Sequence record: NC_031943.1
Source: Escherichia phage GA2A
Direction: 5' to 3' (one strand)
Length of the DNA: 40,470 nucleotides
Shown here: positions 8,106 to 18,693 of the stretch, in pieces
Numbering within the stretch: position 1 is the first letter of the stretch
How the letters are laid out: every line of letters begins with the position of its first letter
The notes under the pieces: model-generated
What the model saw: only the letters and a program-made list of their open reading frames with translations
What the model was told of the DNA's origin: nothing
Databases searched by the model: none
Position numbers and translations under genes: made by a program

Positions 8106-8366
8106 ATGTCTAAGAACTTAATGTTCAACCGTTATTCCAATACCTTCCACCTGTCCAACAACCCGTTCGCTTGCATTAAGCGCAACGAGAAGCTCGGATA
8201 CTTCGGGAAGGCAGTTAAGTTATCACCTACAGTCTTCGCGCTGATTACTCCGGGCAAAGCTGAAGATGCTCGCCAGAAGCGTGAGACCAGCGTACCTGTG
8301 GTCTACACTAAGTGGCCTCGCGTTCGCCTGTTCGTTGAGTTCGTGAAGGAGGTGGTCAATGATTAA
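8106..8366 (+). CDS. Hypothetical protein, gp1.6-like by position
   Basis: 86 aa; RBS AAGGAG; position and size as T7 gene 1.6. Confidence 0.5.
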   Translation: MSKNLMFNRYSNTFHLSNNPFACIKRNEKLGYFGKAVKLSPTVFALITPGKAEDARQKRETSVPVVYTKWPRVRLFVEFVKEVVND

Positions 8367-8802
8367 GGATGGCGACACGGTTAAATACGTCGGACCTCTT
8401 ACAGAACATATGGGCCGCGCCGGCGGCAAGGTGCTAGAGGTCCAAAATTCGGGAATCGCCGTCGTTAAGTGGCCCGGAAAATCTACACCAGTCAAGCACA
8501 TCAACACCGCATTGATTGTCACTAATAAGGTGCAGTCAGAGCCGACAACTGTAGGTCAGGACGACGGTGTCCGCAAGCCTTCCCACTATCAGGTATTCGA
8601 AGGCGTGGAGTCCATCGAGATTATCGCAAGGTCAATGACCGTGAGTGAGTTTCGCGGGTTCTGCCTCGGAAATGTCCTTAAGTATCGACTACGAGCTGGC
8701 AAGAAGTCCGAGCTAGCGACTATGGAGAAGGACCTGAATAAGGCTGCATTCTATCAGGAGCTGTTCGACCTTCATAAAGGCAAGTGTTATGCTGCCGAGT
8801 GA
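8359..8802 (+). CDS. Hypothetical protein, gp1.7-like by position
   Basis: 147 aa; overlaps previous stop; C-terminal SHYQV...IEIIARSMT...FCLGNVLKYRLRAGKK block is phage-typical. Confidence 0.5.
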   Translation: MIKDGDTVKYVGPLTEHMGRAGGKVLEVQNSGIAVVKWPGKSTPVKHINTALIVTNKVQSEPTTVGQDDGVRKPSHYQVFEGVESIEIIARSMTVSEFRGFCLGNVLKYRLRAGKKSELATMEKDLNKAAFYQELFDLHKGKCYAAE

Positions 8803-8880
8803 ATGGTGCGAGATGATGTTCGAGAAGACTGGTGACACCAATTACCTCGAAATGTATAACCTGTGGAAAGGGAGAGGTCT

Positions 8881-9045
8881 ATGAGCCTTGAAGAAAAGAA
8901 GTACATCGTGGAACTTGAGGGTCGCGTCCAGTCCTTCGAGGTCCCGGTATACGCCAAGTCTCTGGACGAGGCGACCCTAAAGTCTCAGGAATATGAAGAT
9001 GCTGGTTTCGTGGTAGGCCGCATCAGACCTGAGCTGCACGACTAA
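8881..9045 (+). CDS. 2: gp2-like inhibitor of host RNA polymerase
   Basis: [14 protein letters not shown] matches T7 gp2 SFEVPIYAETLDEA; start at ATG 8881 with RBS GGGAGAGG; stop TAA shared with next promoter. Confidence 0.8.
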   Translation: MSLEEKKYIVELEGRVQSFEVPVYAKSLDEATLKSQEYEDAGFVVGRIRPELHD

Positions 9046-9065
9046 ACTATCACTTTAGGAACACC
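9043..9065 (+). promoter_or_regulatory. Phage promoter (phi2.5 position), variant core CACTTTAGG
   Basis: TAAACTATCACTTTAGGA, one mismatch to consensus. Confidence 0.65.
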
Positions 9066-9092
9066 TTAACTTTAACTAGGAGATTTACACCG

Positions 9093-9788
9093 ATGGCTAA
9101 AGAGCAACTGAAGACTTTCACCACTCCGGTAGCTGGTATCGTTGAGCCTTACGCATGGCTTAACAAAGCAGACACCAAGTTCAACGAGCGCGGTGAGCAT
9201 AAAGTAAACCTGACATTCGACCTAAGCGACCCTAAGGTCCGCATGATGATTGATGTCTTGCAGAAGATTCACGACGATGCGTATGCGAAAGCACTCGCAG
9301 ACCACGAGAAGAACCCTCCTCAGGTTCAGCGTGGCAAGAAGCCTATCGAGCCGCGTGAAGGCGATATGCCGTGGATTGAGAACGGTGACGGCACTGTTAC
9401 CATGAAGTTCAAATGCTTTGCGTCTTACTTGAAAGACGGCAAGTCCGAGCCTATCGTATTACGGTTCTACGACACCGATGCTAAACTCATCCGTGACGTC
9501 CCGAATATTGGCGCGGGGTCTAAGCTGAAGGTCAAGTTTAAAGTCCTGCCGTTCAAGTGGAACGCTGCGACTGGTGCAAGCGTTAAGCTCCAGCTTGAGT
9601 CCTGCCTTCTGGTAGAACTGAAAGAGTGGAAAGGTGATGGTGCTGGTGGCGATGGTGGTTGGGGTGATGATGAAGACCTCGGTACTGGCTACAAAGCATC
9701 AACCGATGGTGACTTCGGGTCTGACGACTTCGGTGAAGATGCCGATGGTGGTGATGACTCTGCGTCCGGTGGCGATTACGACTTCTAA
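9093..9788 (+). CDS. 2.5: Single-stranded DNA-binding protein
   Basis: 231 aa versus 232 for T7; blocks RGKKPIEPREGDMPW, GSKLKVKFKVLPFKWNAATGASVKLQLES and acidic tail ending DF match T7 gp2.5. Confidence 0.95.
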   Translation: MAKEQLKTFTTPVAGIVEPYAWLNKADTKFNERGEHKVNLTFDLSDPKVRMMIDVLQKIHDDAYAKALADHEKNPPQVQRGKKPIEPREGDMPWIENGDGTVTMKFKCFASYLKDGKSEPIVLRFYDTDAKLIRDVPNIGAGSKLKVKFKVLPFKWNAATGASVKLQLESCLLVELKEWKGDGAGGDGGWGDDEDLGTGYKASTDGDFGSDDFGEDADGGDDSASGGDYDF

Positions 9789-9790
9789 TC

Positions 9791-10243
9791 GTGGCTGCAT
9801 GGACACCAAAACGGGGGCACTCTGTGGGTGCCTACCGCTCTGGACTTGAGGCCAAGAACCAGCAGTGGCTGGAGCAGAATGGCGTCAAAGCGGAGTACGA
9901 AAGCCATTATATCAACTATGTGATTCCGGCTTCCGACCACAAGTACACACCAGACTTCATCCTTCCGAACGGAATCATCGTCGAGACCAAAGGTATCTTC
10001 GATAGTGAAGACCGTAAGAAGCACCTTCTGGTACGAGAGCAGCACCCAGAGTTAGACATCCGGTTCGTGTTTAGCTCTTCCCGCTCCAAGTTATACAAAG
10101 GGTCTCCGACCACGTATGGCGCATGGTGCGAAAAGAACGGCTATAAGTATGCAGATAAGTTTATCCCGGTTGAGTGGCTACGGGAGGCGACTGTGCGTCT
10201 GCCTTCAGGTATACTCATTCCCAAGAAGAAAGGAGTTAAGTGA
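9791..10243 (+). CDS. 3: Endonuclease I (Holliday junction resolvase)
   Basis: FRSGLE, YTPDF, PNGIIVETKG, DRKKHLLVREQHPELDIRFVFSSSRSKLYKGSPTTYG match T7 gp3; GTG start. Confidence 0.93.
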   Translation: MAAWTPKRGHSVGAYRSGLEAKNQQWLEQNGVKAEYESHYINYVIPASDHKYTPDFILPNGIIVETKGIFDSEDRKKHLLVREQHPELDIRFVFSSSRSKLYKGSPTTYGAWCEKNGYKYADKFIPVEWLREATVRLPSGILIPKKKGVK

Positions 10244-10467
10244 TGACTCAAGAAGTTAAGGTCGTTCGTCAGCGCCTGACCATTGATAAAATCCCGGTAG
10301 GCTATGCGTTTATCGTCCACGGTAAGCCGGGTGAAGTGTACGTGAAGATTAGTAACTCTCACGTCTTCAACCATAAGTTACTCCAGATGCACACCACGGA
10401 TGCTAACCGCTTCCAACGCCATCTGAACCTCGTAGCTGTAGAGCTGGTGGTGTACGATGGTGAGTAA
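10243..10467 (+). CDS. Hypothetical protein, 74 aa, inserted between endonuclease I and amidase
   Basis: ATG overlaps gene 3 stop (TGATG); T7 has no gene between 3 and 3.5. Confidence 0.45.
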   Translation: MTQEVKVVRQRLTIDKIPVGYAFIVHGKPGEVYVKISNSHVFNHKLLQMHTTDANRFQRHLNLVAVELVVYDGE

Positions 10468-10915
10468 GGTTCAGTTCAACCCACGGTCCCGGACTGACGC
10501 TATCTTCGTTCACTGTTCGGCTACCAAGCCAGAGATGGACATCGGGGTAGAGACCATCCGTATGTGGCACAAGCAGCAAGGCTGGCTGGACGTAGGCTAC
10601 CACTTTATCATCAAGCGTGATGGCACTGTGGAAGAGGGACGCCCGGTCAATGTCGTAGGGTCACACGTTAAGGACTGGAACTCACGGTCTGTAGGCGTCT
10701 GCCTTGTAGGTGGAATTGACGCTAAGGGCAAGTTTGAAGCTAACTTCACTCCAGCCCAGATGGACTCCCTGCGCAGCAAGCTGGCTGACCTGAAGGCTCT
10801 GTATCCTCAGGCAGAAATCAAAGCACACCATGACGTAGCACCAAAGGCGTGTCCAAGTTTCGACTTGCAACGCTGGCTGTCTACCAACGAACTGGTCACT
10901 TCCGACCACGGTTAA
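10457..10915 (+). CDS. 3.5: N-acetylmuramoyl-L-alanine amidase (T7 lysozyme)
   Basis: 152 aa; DAIFVHCSATKP, WLDVGYHFIIKRDGTVEEGR, HHDVAPKACPSFDL, NELVTSD match T7 gp3.5. Confidence 0.96.
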   Translation: MVSKVQFNPRSRTDAIFVHCSATKPEMDIGVETIRMWHKQQGWLDVGYHFIIKRDGTVEEGRPVNVVGSHVKDWNSRSVGVCLVGGIDAKGKFEANFTPAQMDSLRSKLADLKALYPQAEIKAHHDVAPKACPSFDLQRWLSTNELVTSDHG

Positions 10916-10938
10916 TAACCTCTAAAGGAGAACACTCA

Positions 10939-11154
10939 ATGATTAAACTTATCGAATTTCTTGGTCGTCTGGTGGTGCGTGGTTATCGTCGCGCTGCTGT
11001 TATGGAACGAAAGGTAGCAGAGAAGGCTGCTGACGGTGCGGCTGATGCTGCTGCTCTGGCTGATAAGCTGACCATCGCGTCACTTGAAGCTGGCATGAAG
11101 GCACGTCAGGCTGACACCAAAGCTGACCAGTTGGCCCAGTTCTTCAAAGCCTAA
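10939..11154 (+). CDS. Hypothetical protein, 71 aa
   Basis: Internal ATG of track ORF 10849-11154 with RBS AAAGGAG; stop TAA shared with next promoter. Confidence 0.5.
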   Translation: MIKLIEFLGRLVVRGYRRAAVMERKVAEKAADGAADAAALADKLTIASLEAGMKARQADTKADQLAQFFKA

Positions 11155-11174
11155 ACTATCACCTTAGGGATGGG
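11152..11174 (+). promoter_or_regulatory. Phage promoter before primase-helicase, variant core CACCTTAGG
   Basis: TAAACTATCACCTTAGGGA, followed by inverted repeat GGGACAATTAGTCCTGTCCC. Confidence 0.6.
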
Positions 11175-11219
11175 ACAATTAGTCCTGTCCCTTTGTTCGC
11201 ATTTGTGATTAAGGAGTGA

Positions 11220-12923
<1,704 letters not shown>

Positions 12924-12967
12924 CCTAGAGCAACGACTTGAAGAGTCACTTAAGAGGAGAGTAACTC

Positions 12968-13132
12968 ATGCTGCGAAAACTTAAAGCTCGATACCATCGG
13001 TTCATGTACAAATGGTGGAGCGATGAATCAACCTGCCTGTCGAACATTCTGGGAGACCAGCGGTTCAACTCTAAGGCATGGAAGAAAGCTAACCGGAAGT
13101 TCATGTATCACTTCTTGCGTACAGACTTCTAG
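12968..13132 (+). CDS. Hypothetical small basic protein, 54 aa
   Basis: Strong RBS AAGAGGAGAG 6 nt upstream of ATG; below track cutoff. Confidence 0.45.
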   Translation: MLRKLKARYHRFMYKWWSDESTCLSNILGDQRFNSKAWKKANRKFMYHFLRTDF

Positions 13133-13135
13133 GTC

Positions 13136-13186
13136 TAGACTCAAGGTCATTCACATCGAGTGACCTTTATGATTAGACTAAACGGA
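13136..13186 (+). promoter_or_regulatory. Conserved hairpin element, probable RNase III site (R3.8-like position)
   Basis: TAGACTCAAGGTCAT...GTGACCTTTATGATTA; second copy of the element. Confidence 0.55.
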
Positions 13187-13195
13187 GGATTAATA

Positions 13196-14068
13196 ATGAA
13201 GGTTCTAAGTCTGTTTGATGGAGTTGGTGGTGGATATCAAGCACTACGGCTTGCCGGGGTCCAAGTCTCTTCATACATCTCTTCAGAGATAGAAAAGAGC
13301 AGTATAAACATAGCAGCCCGTCATATACCTGACTACTTAAACCTAGGTGATGTTAGAGGGGTAAGAGGTGGTGACTACGACTTAATACTTGCCGGGTCTC
13401 CATGTCAAGGCTTTTCGTATGCAGGGAGGGGGCTTAACTTCAGTGATCCGCGCTCCTCACTCTTCTTCGAATTTGTCAGAATAGTCAGAGAATCATTAAT
13501 CTTTAACCCTGATGTTAAAATCTTCTTAGAGAACGTAAATATGCGTAGGGAGTGGAAGGATGTCATAACGTCAGAGCTGGGAATCAATCCAGTAGAAATA
13601 TGCGCATCCACATTATCACCTTTCCGTAGAAACCGATTATACTGGTTCAACTGGGAGTCAGCACCTGAAATAAAGACTGTCAGTTTCAAGGAGCTAACTG
13701 GTGGTTTACCATGTAGTATAGTTGGTAGACCACTTGACGAGAACCTTAAGAGGGTAGACGGAAAAGGCCTTCCGGTGGTTCAATGCATAGAGGTTACAAA
13801 TGGGGATATTGGAAGATGTGTAACTACGGTATCAAAAGACTCATGTGTATACCTAGGGGCTAATAGACCTCCGTCTAGAATACCTGATGCATATGGGGCT
13901 AATCGTAACTTATGGAGAGACCTTACTATATCCGAGCTGGAGGTGGGGCATGGGTATGACAGTGGGTTTTTTGATAATGTCAAGGAATCTACCGCCAGAA
14001 AGGCCATAGGAAACGGATGGAGCTTACAGGTTGTTTCTAGCATATTTAGAGGGCTAAACCATGTTTGA
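13196..14068 (+). CDS. DNA (cytosine-5)-methyltransferase, orphan
   Basis: Ordered C5-MTase motifs: I LFDGVGGG, IV GSPCQGFS, VI FLENV, VIII FRRNRLYWF, X IGNGWS; start at ATG 13196 with RBS GGAGG; visibly AT-richer than flanks; not present in T7. Confidence 0.85.
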   Translation: MKVLSLFDGVGGGYQALRLAGVQVSSYISSEIEKSSINIAARHIPDYLNLGDVRGVRGGDYDLILAGSPCQGFSYAGRGLNFSDPRSSLFFEFVRIVRESLIFNPDVKIFLENVNMRREWKDVITSELGINPVEICASTLSPFRRNRLYWFNWESAPEIKTVSFKELTGGLPCSIVGRPLDENLKRVDGKGLPVVQCIEVTNGDIGRCVTTVSKDSCVYLGANRPPSRIPDAYGANRNLWRDLTISELEVGHGYDSGFFDNVKESTARKAIGNGWSLQVVSSIFRGLNHV

Positions 14069-16232
14069 CCTTAAGAGTATCTGGGGTTCTGACATCGAGA
14101 CCAACGGTCTCCTTGACACCGTGTCCCAGTTCCATTGTGGGGTCCTGATTAATGCCGAGTCGAATGAGACCCTTAAGTATGGGGTAGCGCCGATGGTCGG
14201 TATCGTCGGTGGCTTCAAAGAGTATGTGCAGAAGGTGGAAGAGATTGCCGCATCGCCGGATGGTATGCTGGTATTCCACAACGGTATCAACTATGACGTC
14301 CCTGCTATTGACAAGCTGAAGCGTCTGTACTTCGGGAAACGCTTTAACTTCCCGAAACACAAGATGATTGATACCTTGGTGTTGGGCCGCTTGATGTATC
14401 CCAACATTAAGTTCTCAGACATGGGAGCGGTGAAAGCTGGTCGTCTGCCACCTAAGATGATGGGACGCCAGTCTCTTGAGGCTTGGGGCTATCGTCTAGG
14501 TGAGATGAAGGGTGAGTACAAACACGATTACGTTGCCAAGTGCAAGGCCGAAGGTATCGAATATAAGTCTGGGGACGAATGGTTGTTCCCATCTCAGGAG
14601 ATGCTGGACTATAACGTTCAGGACGTTGTGGTCACACTGGCATTGTTCAAGAAGTTCCTGACTGACAAGTATTACTTCCAGTCTGAACAGTTCGCTTTCG
14701 AACAGATTTATGCGTTGCGTCTGGAACATGATGCTGCGTGGACCTGTGCGAAGATGGAGCGTAATGGCTATCCGATGAACACCGAGATGGTCGAAGGCTT
14801 ATATCGTGAACTCACTGTCAAACGTGCGGAGTTACTTGACAAGCTGCGCTCTACTTTCGGTAGCTGGTACGCACCAAAGGGAGGCAAGGAGTTCTTCAGG
14901 CATCCACGGACAGGTAAGGACCTTCCGAAGTATCCGCGAGTCGTGTATCCTAAGGTCGGTGGAATCTTTAAGAAGCCGAAGAACAAAGCTCAACGCTTAG
15001 GTCTTGAACCTTGTGAACTCGATACGCGAGACACAATGGAAGGAGCACCATTCACGCCAATCACTTACGTTGAGTTTAATCCGGGAAGCGGAGACCACTT
15101 AGCGAAAGTCCTGATGGAGCGTGGCTGGGAGCCTGCGGACTTCACTGACACCGGTAAACCCGTAGTCGATGACGAGACGTTAGAACACGTTAAGTTACCA
15201 GACGCAGAGGCTCAGGCTTGCGTAGAGCTGGTCCGTGAGTATCTGGTGGTCCAGAAGCGCATCGGTCAGGCGGCTGAAGGTAAGAACGCATGGTTGAAAC
15301 TTGTGGGTCCAGACGGACGTATGCACGGTTCAATCAATCCATGTGGTGCAGTAACCGGACGTGCGACCCATAGTTCACCAAACATGGCTCAGGTCCCAGC
15401 TAACGGTGCTCCATATGGTGAGACTTGCCGTGGTGCTTTCGGTGCAGCGTGGAACAAGACTGACGGTAAGCCAGACCCTTGGATTCAAGTAGGTGTGGAT
15501 GCTTCAGGTCTTGAGCTTCGTTGTCTGGGGAACCGAGCGTCTCCGTTCGATGGTGGTGAATACGCGAAGACTGTAGTAGAAGGTGACATCCACTGGGCCA
15601 ATGCTGTCAACGCAGGGTTAGCTCCTAACGTCCCACGCGACAAGTCTAGCCACGACCACGATGCTTTCCGTAACAACGCCAAGACGTTCATCTATGCGTT
15701 CCTGTATGGTGCAGGGGCCGCGAAGATTGGACTGATAGTAGGAGGCGGTAAGAAGGAAGGTTCAGCTCTCATGAAGAAATTCATTGAGGGCACACCAGCT
15801 ATCAAGGACCTGCGAGAGGCTGTGCAGAACACGCTCATATCTGAGTCCAAGTGGGTAGACGGTGAGAACATCGTGAAGTGGAAACGTCGCTGGCTGAAGG
15901 GTCTGGACGGTAGACGCATTCACATCCGGTCTCCACACTCAGCACTTAACGCCTTACTTCAGGGTGACGGTGCGGTGGTATGTAAGCACTGGATGGTACT
16001 GACTGAGAAGAAACTCGAAGAGGCTGGTTACGGTAACGGATGGGACGGTGACTTTGCACTAATGGCGTGGATTCACGATGAATTACAGATAGCGTGTCGC
16101 ACTCAGGAGATAGCAGAAGATGTCGTCCGTATTGCTCAAGAGGCGATGCGTGAGGTGGGTGAGTTCTATAACTTTAAATGCGTCCTTGACACCGAAGGGA
16201 AGATAGGACCAACGTGGAAGGAGTGTCACTAG
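14061..16232 (+). CDS. 5: DNA polymerase (family A)
   Basis: 723 aa; long blocks match T7 gp5 (EAWGYRLGEMKGEYK, YNVQDVVVT, KVGGIFKKPKNKAQR, GAVTGRATH, VDASGLELRC, NAKTFIYAFLYGAG, WKRRWLKGLDGRRIHIRSPH). Confidence 0.97.
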   Translation: MFDLKSIWGSDIETNGLLDTVSQFHCGVLINAESNETLKYGVAPMVGIVGGFKEYVQKVEEIAASPDGMLVFHNGINYDVPAIDKLKRLYFGKRFNFPKHKMIDTLVLGRLMYPNIKFSDMGAVKAGRLPPKMMGRQSLEAWGYRLGEMKGEYKHDYVAKCKAEGIEYKSGDEWLFPSQEMLDYNVQDVVVTLALFKKFLTDKYYFQSEQFAFEQIYALRLEHDAAWTCAKMERNGYPMNTEMVEGLYRELTVKRAELLDKLRSTFGSWYAPKGGKEFFRHPRTGKDLPKYPRVVYPKVGGIFKKPKNKAQRLGLEPCELDTRDTMEGAPFTPITYVEFNPGSGDHLAKVLMERGWEPADFTDTGKPVVDDETLEHVKLPDAEAQACVELVREYLVVQKRIGQAAEGKNAWLKLVGPDGRMHGSINPCGAVTGRATHSSPNMAQVPANGAPYGETCRGAFGAAWNKTDGKPDPWIQVGVDASGLELRCLGNRASPFDGGEYAKTVVEGDIHWANAVNAGLAPNVPRDKSSHDHDAFRNNAKTFIYAFLYGAGAAKIGLIVGGGKKEGSALMKKFIEGTPAIKDLREAVQNTLISESKWVDGENIVKWKRRWLKGLDGRRIHIRSPHSALNALLQGDGAVVCKHWMVLTEKKLEEAGYGNGWDGDFALMAWIHDELQIACRTQEIAEDVVRIAQEAMREVGEFYNFKCVLDTEGKIGPTWKECH

Positions 16233-16396
16233 TGAAAACTTACACAGAGCAGGAGGTCAAAGACCTTATGCGCTCTGCCTGGTGGTGTGGACACGAAGAG
16301 TCTCGATATGCCCCAAACCTTAACGGCTCGTGTAATAGGGATATTCGTCACCTCCTACGCGACCACAACGAACCAAATGAAGAAGGAGAAATCTAA
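16232..16396 (+). CDS. Hypothetical protein, ~54 aa
   Basis: Track ORF 16214-16396; likely GTG start at 16232 after RBS GGAAGGAG. Confidence 0.4.
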   Translation: MKTYTEQEVKDLMRSAWWCGHEESRYAPNLNGSCNRDIRHLLRDHNEPNEEGEI

Positions 16397-16680
16397 TGGC
16401 TATGACCAAACGAATCCGTGTGAGTTTCGACCTGAAGATGGTAGCTGGCTCAGAAGAGGAGTCCGCGCTCAACAGGAGTCTCGTCGAAATGGCTAAGCTG
16501 TACTTAGCTGGAGAGAAGACTGATGGTCTAGGCCTGAAGCTTTTACAGACATCCCTTGAGTCTGGGCCAGAGGCAGCGCTTGAGATTGCCCTGAAGAAGA
16601 CCATCAAGGAGGAGCTAGTGAAGACATTCAGTGGCAAACAGTTTGGCGTCTCCAACCTGCGCTTTGAGGTGAAACGATGA
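16396..16680 (+). CDS. gp5.5-like protein (T7 gp5.5 binds H-NS)
   Basis: 94 aa; N-terminus MAMTKRIRVSFD resembles recalled T7 gp5.5 N-terminus; conserved position. Confidence 0.55.
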   Translation: MAMTKRIRVSFDLKMVAGSEEESALNRSLVEMAKLYLAGEKTDGLGLKLLQTSLESGPEAALEIALKKTIKEELVKTFSGKQFGVSNLRFEVKR

Positions 16681-16886
16681 GTGAATACTTACGGGTCCTA
16701 GCGGCCCTTAAGTCGTGCCCGAAGACCTTCCAGTCCAACTATGTGCGCAACAACGCTGCACTTGTGGCTGAGGCTGCGAGTCGTGGACATCTAAGCTGCC
16801 TGTCTATGGATGGGCGTAACAACGGTGCGTGGGAGATTACCGCTGAAGGCACCAAGTTCCTAAATCAACATGGAGGCTGTCTATGA
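16677..16886 (+). CDS. 5.7: gp5.7-like protein
   Basis: 69 aa as in T7; LKSCPKTFQSNYVRNNAALVAEAASRGH...AWEITAEGT matches recalled T7 gp5.7. Confidence 0.7.
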   Translation: MSEYLRVLAALKSCPKTFQSNYVRNNAALVAEAASRGHLSCLSMDGRNNGAWEITAEGTKFLNQHGGCL

Positions 16887-17101
16887 ATCAAGACGTATCA
16901 GGACGCGAACTTAAGGTAGGACAGAAGGTTGCTTTCTGTCTGGCTGGAAATTCGTACGCAATGTGTATAGGCGAAGTCGTCCGGGTAATGCCTAAGACGG
17001 TAGCCATCAAGCACAAGACATTTACTCGCTGGAAAGGAGTTACCGAGGAAGTCGAGACGGTACGTGCATTCTCTTCAGTGTGTATCGTTGAGGAGGCGTA
17101 A
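16883..17101 (+). CDS. Hypothetical protein, 72 aa
   Basis: Track ORF, overlapping starts/stops on both sides. Confidence 0.5.
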   Translation: MNQDVSGRELKVGQKVAFCLAGNSYAMCIGEVVRVMPKTVAIKHKTFTRWKGVTEEVETVRAFSSVCIVEEA

Positions 17102-17967
17102 TGTCTGACAAGAAGATTGCTCTGGTTCTGGATGGTGACTATCTGGTCTTCTCTTCTATGGCTGCTGCCGAGGACGAGACAGACTGGGGCGACGACATCT
17201 GGACCCTTATCTGCGACCACGAGAAGGCTCGTCGTATCCTTGAGAACACCATCGCCGAAATCGTCAAGAAGCGCAAGGCGTGGAAAGACGCTAAGATTGT
17301 GATGTGCTTCACCGATGACGCCAACTGGCGCAAGTCAATATTACCGACCTATAAGGCCAACCGTAAAGGTTCTCGCAAGCCTGTAGGTTACAAGAAGTTC
17401 GTAGCCGAAGTGATGGCTGACCCACGGTTCAACAGCTTCCTGAAGCCAGCGCTTGAGGGCGATGACTGCATGGGCATCATTGGTACACGACCTCAGATTG
17501 TGGGCTGCGACCATGCGGTGCTGGTGTCCTGTGATAAGGACTTCAAGACTATCCCGAACTGTGAGTTCTTCTGGTTAACCACTGGTGAAATCCTGAGCCA
17601 CACGACTGCCGAGGCAGATTACTGGCACATGGAGCAGACCATCAAGGGTGACATGACGGATGGCTACGGCGGTATTCCGGGGTACGGTGAGGACACTACC
17701 CGCGCTTTCCTTGACGAGCCGTACTACTTCGTGCAAGAGACCCGCGAGCTGAAGACTGGCAAGAACAAAGGTCAGCTCAAGGTCGAGTGGAAGAAGTATC
17801 CGAAGCGAGAAGACCAGACGTTGTGGGACTGCATGGTGACTCTGGCTGCTAAAGCTGGGATGACCGAGGAGGAACTTCTGGTTCAAGCTCAGGTAGCTCG
17901 TATTTGCAGAGCCTCCGACTACGACCCTAAGTCCAAGGAGGTCATCCTATGGACACCATCCATGTAA
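17101..17967 (+). CDS. 6: 5'-3' exonuclease
   Basis: 288 aa; VLDGDYLVF, DHEKARRILE, FTDDANWRK, YKANRK, KPVGY, SCDKDFKTIPNCEFFW, IKGDMTDGYGGIPG, LWDCMV match T7 gp6. Confidence 0.95.
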   Translation: MSDKKIALVLDGDYLVFSSMAAAEDETDWGDDIWTLICDHEKARRILENTIAEIVKKRKAWKDAKIVMCFTDDANWRKSILPTYKANRKGSRKPVGYKKFVAEVMADPRFNSFLKPALEGDDCMGIIGTRPQIVGCDHAVLVSCDKDFKTIPNCEFFWLTTGEILSHTTAEADYWHMEQTIKGDMTDGYGGIPGYGEDTTRAFLDEPYYFVQETRELKTGKNKGQLKVEWKKYPKREDQTLWDCMVTLAAKAGMTEEELLVQAQVARICRASDYDPKSKEVILWTPSM

Positions 17968-18041
17968 TATACTGGGCCGGACTTCTGGCCCTTTACTACA
18001 TGTATAAGTGGTTCGGGTCGAACAACCGTCCTAAACACTGA
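17949..18041 (+). CDS. Possible small membrane peptide, 30 aa (gene 6.3-like position)
   Basis: ATG inside the 3' end of gene 6 in another frame; hydrophobic MDTIHVIYWAGLLALYYMYKWFG. Confidence 0.25.
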   Translation: MDTIHVIYWAGLLALYYMYKWFGSNNRPKH

Positions 18042-18095
18042 GTCTAACCGATAGTCATATCCTATCAATCCAACAGTCATCCATAGGTGAAACAC

Positions 18096-18118
18096 TAAAC
18101 TATCACTATAGGGACTTT
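18096..18118 (+). promoter_or_regulatory. Phage promoter (phi6.5 position)
   Basis: TAAACTATCACTATAGGGA. Confidence 0.8.
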
Positions 18119-18177
18119 AGGACCAAAGATATGACTATAAGATAGACTTTAGTCTTAACTTAAAGAGGAGATTCAAG

Positions 18178-18450
18178 ATGGCGATTAATGCTATTGAAAA
18201 CGTTGTTAAGCAGTTACAGGAAGAAAGACTTGATGTCCCGAACATCTCACAGTCTGCCATCCAGTTCCTGCACGTACTGTTCAACGCAAGCTACGCTGAG
18301 AAGATGGGAGCTATCAGTCTCCTCAAGCAGCAAGGCTACAGCGATGCGTTCATTGCCGGGTTCATCAAGGGTCTCCAGTATTGTTCTGACACTCTCGACT
18401 CTGCAATCGCTATGCGTCGTGAGCTGAAAGATACCGTTCAGTTCGATTAA
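18178..18450 (+). CDS. Hypothetical protein, gp6.5-like by position
   Basis: 90 aa; RBS AAAGAGGAG; first gene after promoter. Confidence 0.55.
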   Translation: MAINAIENVVKQLQEERLDVPNISQSAIQFLHVLFNASYAEKMGAISLLKQQGYSDAFIAGFIKGLQYCSDTLDSAIAMRRELKDTVQFD

Positions 18451-18464
18451 CTGTAGGAGGGACT

Positions 18465-18689
18465 ATGTGTTTCAGTCCAAAGATTAGCACTCCGAAGCCG
18501 TCTGTCCAAGCACCTGAACCAGCACCTCTGAGTGAGGAGGTTGCGTCAGTTGACATCGGGGCAGAATCGGATGTAGACACCAACGAGACCAAAGGTATCA
18601 AAGACCTTAAGGTTAAGAAGGAGTCTGCACCTAAAGATAAATCGTCAGTGAGTCGCGCTATGCGGGCCTCTGGCGTAAACATGGGGTAA
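18465..18689 (+). CDS. 6.7: gp6.7-like virion protein
   Basis: N-terminus MCFSPKI matches T7 gp6.7; RBS AGGAGGG. Confidence 0.7.
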   Translation: MCFSPKISTPKPSVQAPEPAPLSEEVASVDIGAESDVDTNETKGIKDLKVKKESAPKDKSSVSRAMRASGVNMG

Positions 18690-18693
18690 GACA

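Noticed and set aside
9634-9849. 71-aa + strand ORF spanning the gp2.5/gp3 junction
   Set aside because: Alternative-frame ORF across two strongly supported genes; Met- and Val-rich translation typical of a frame artefact; no RBS.
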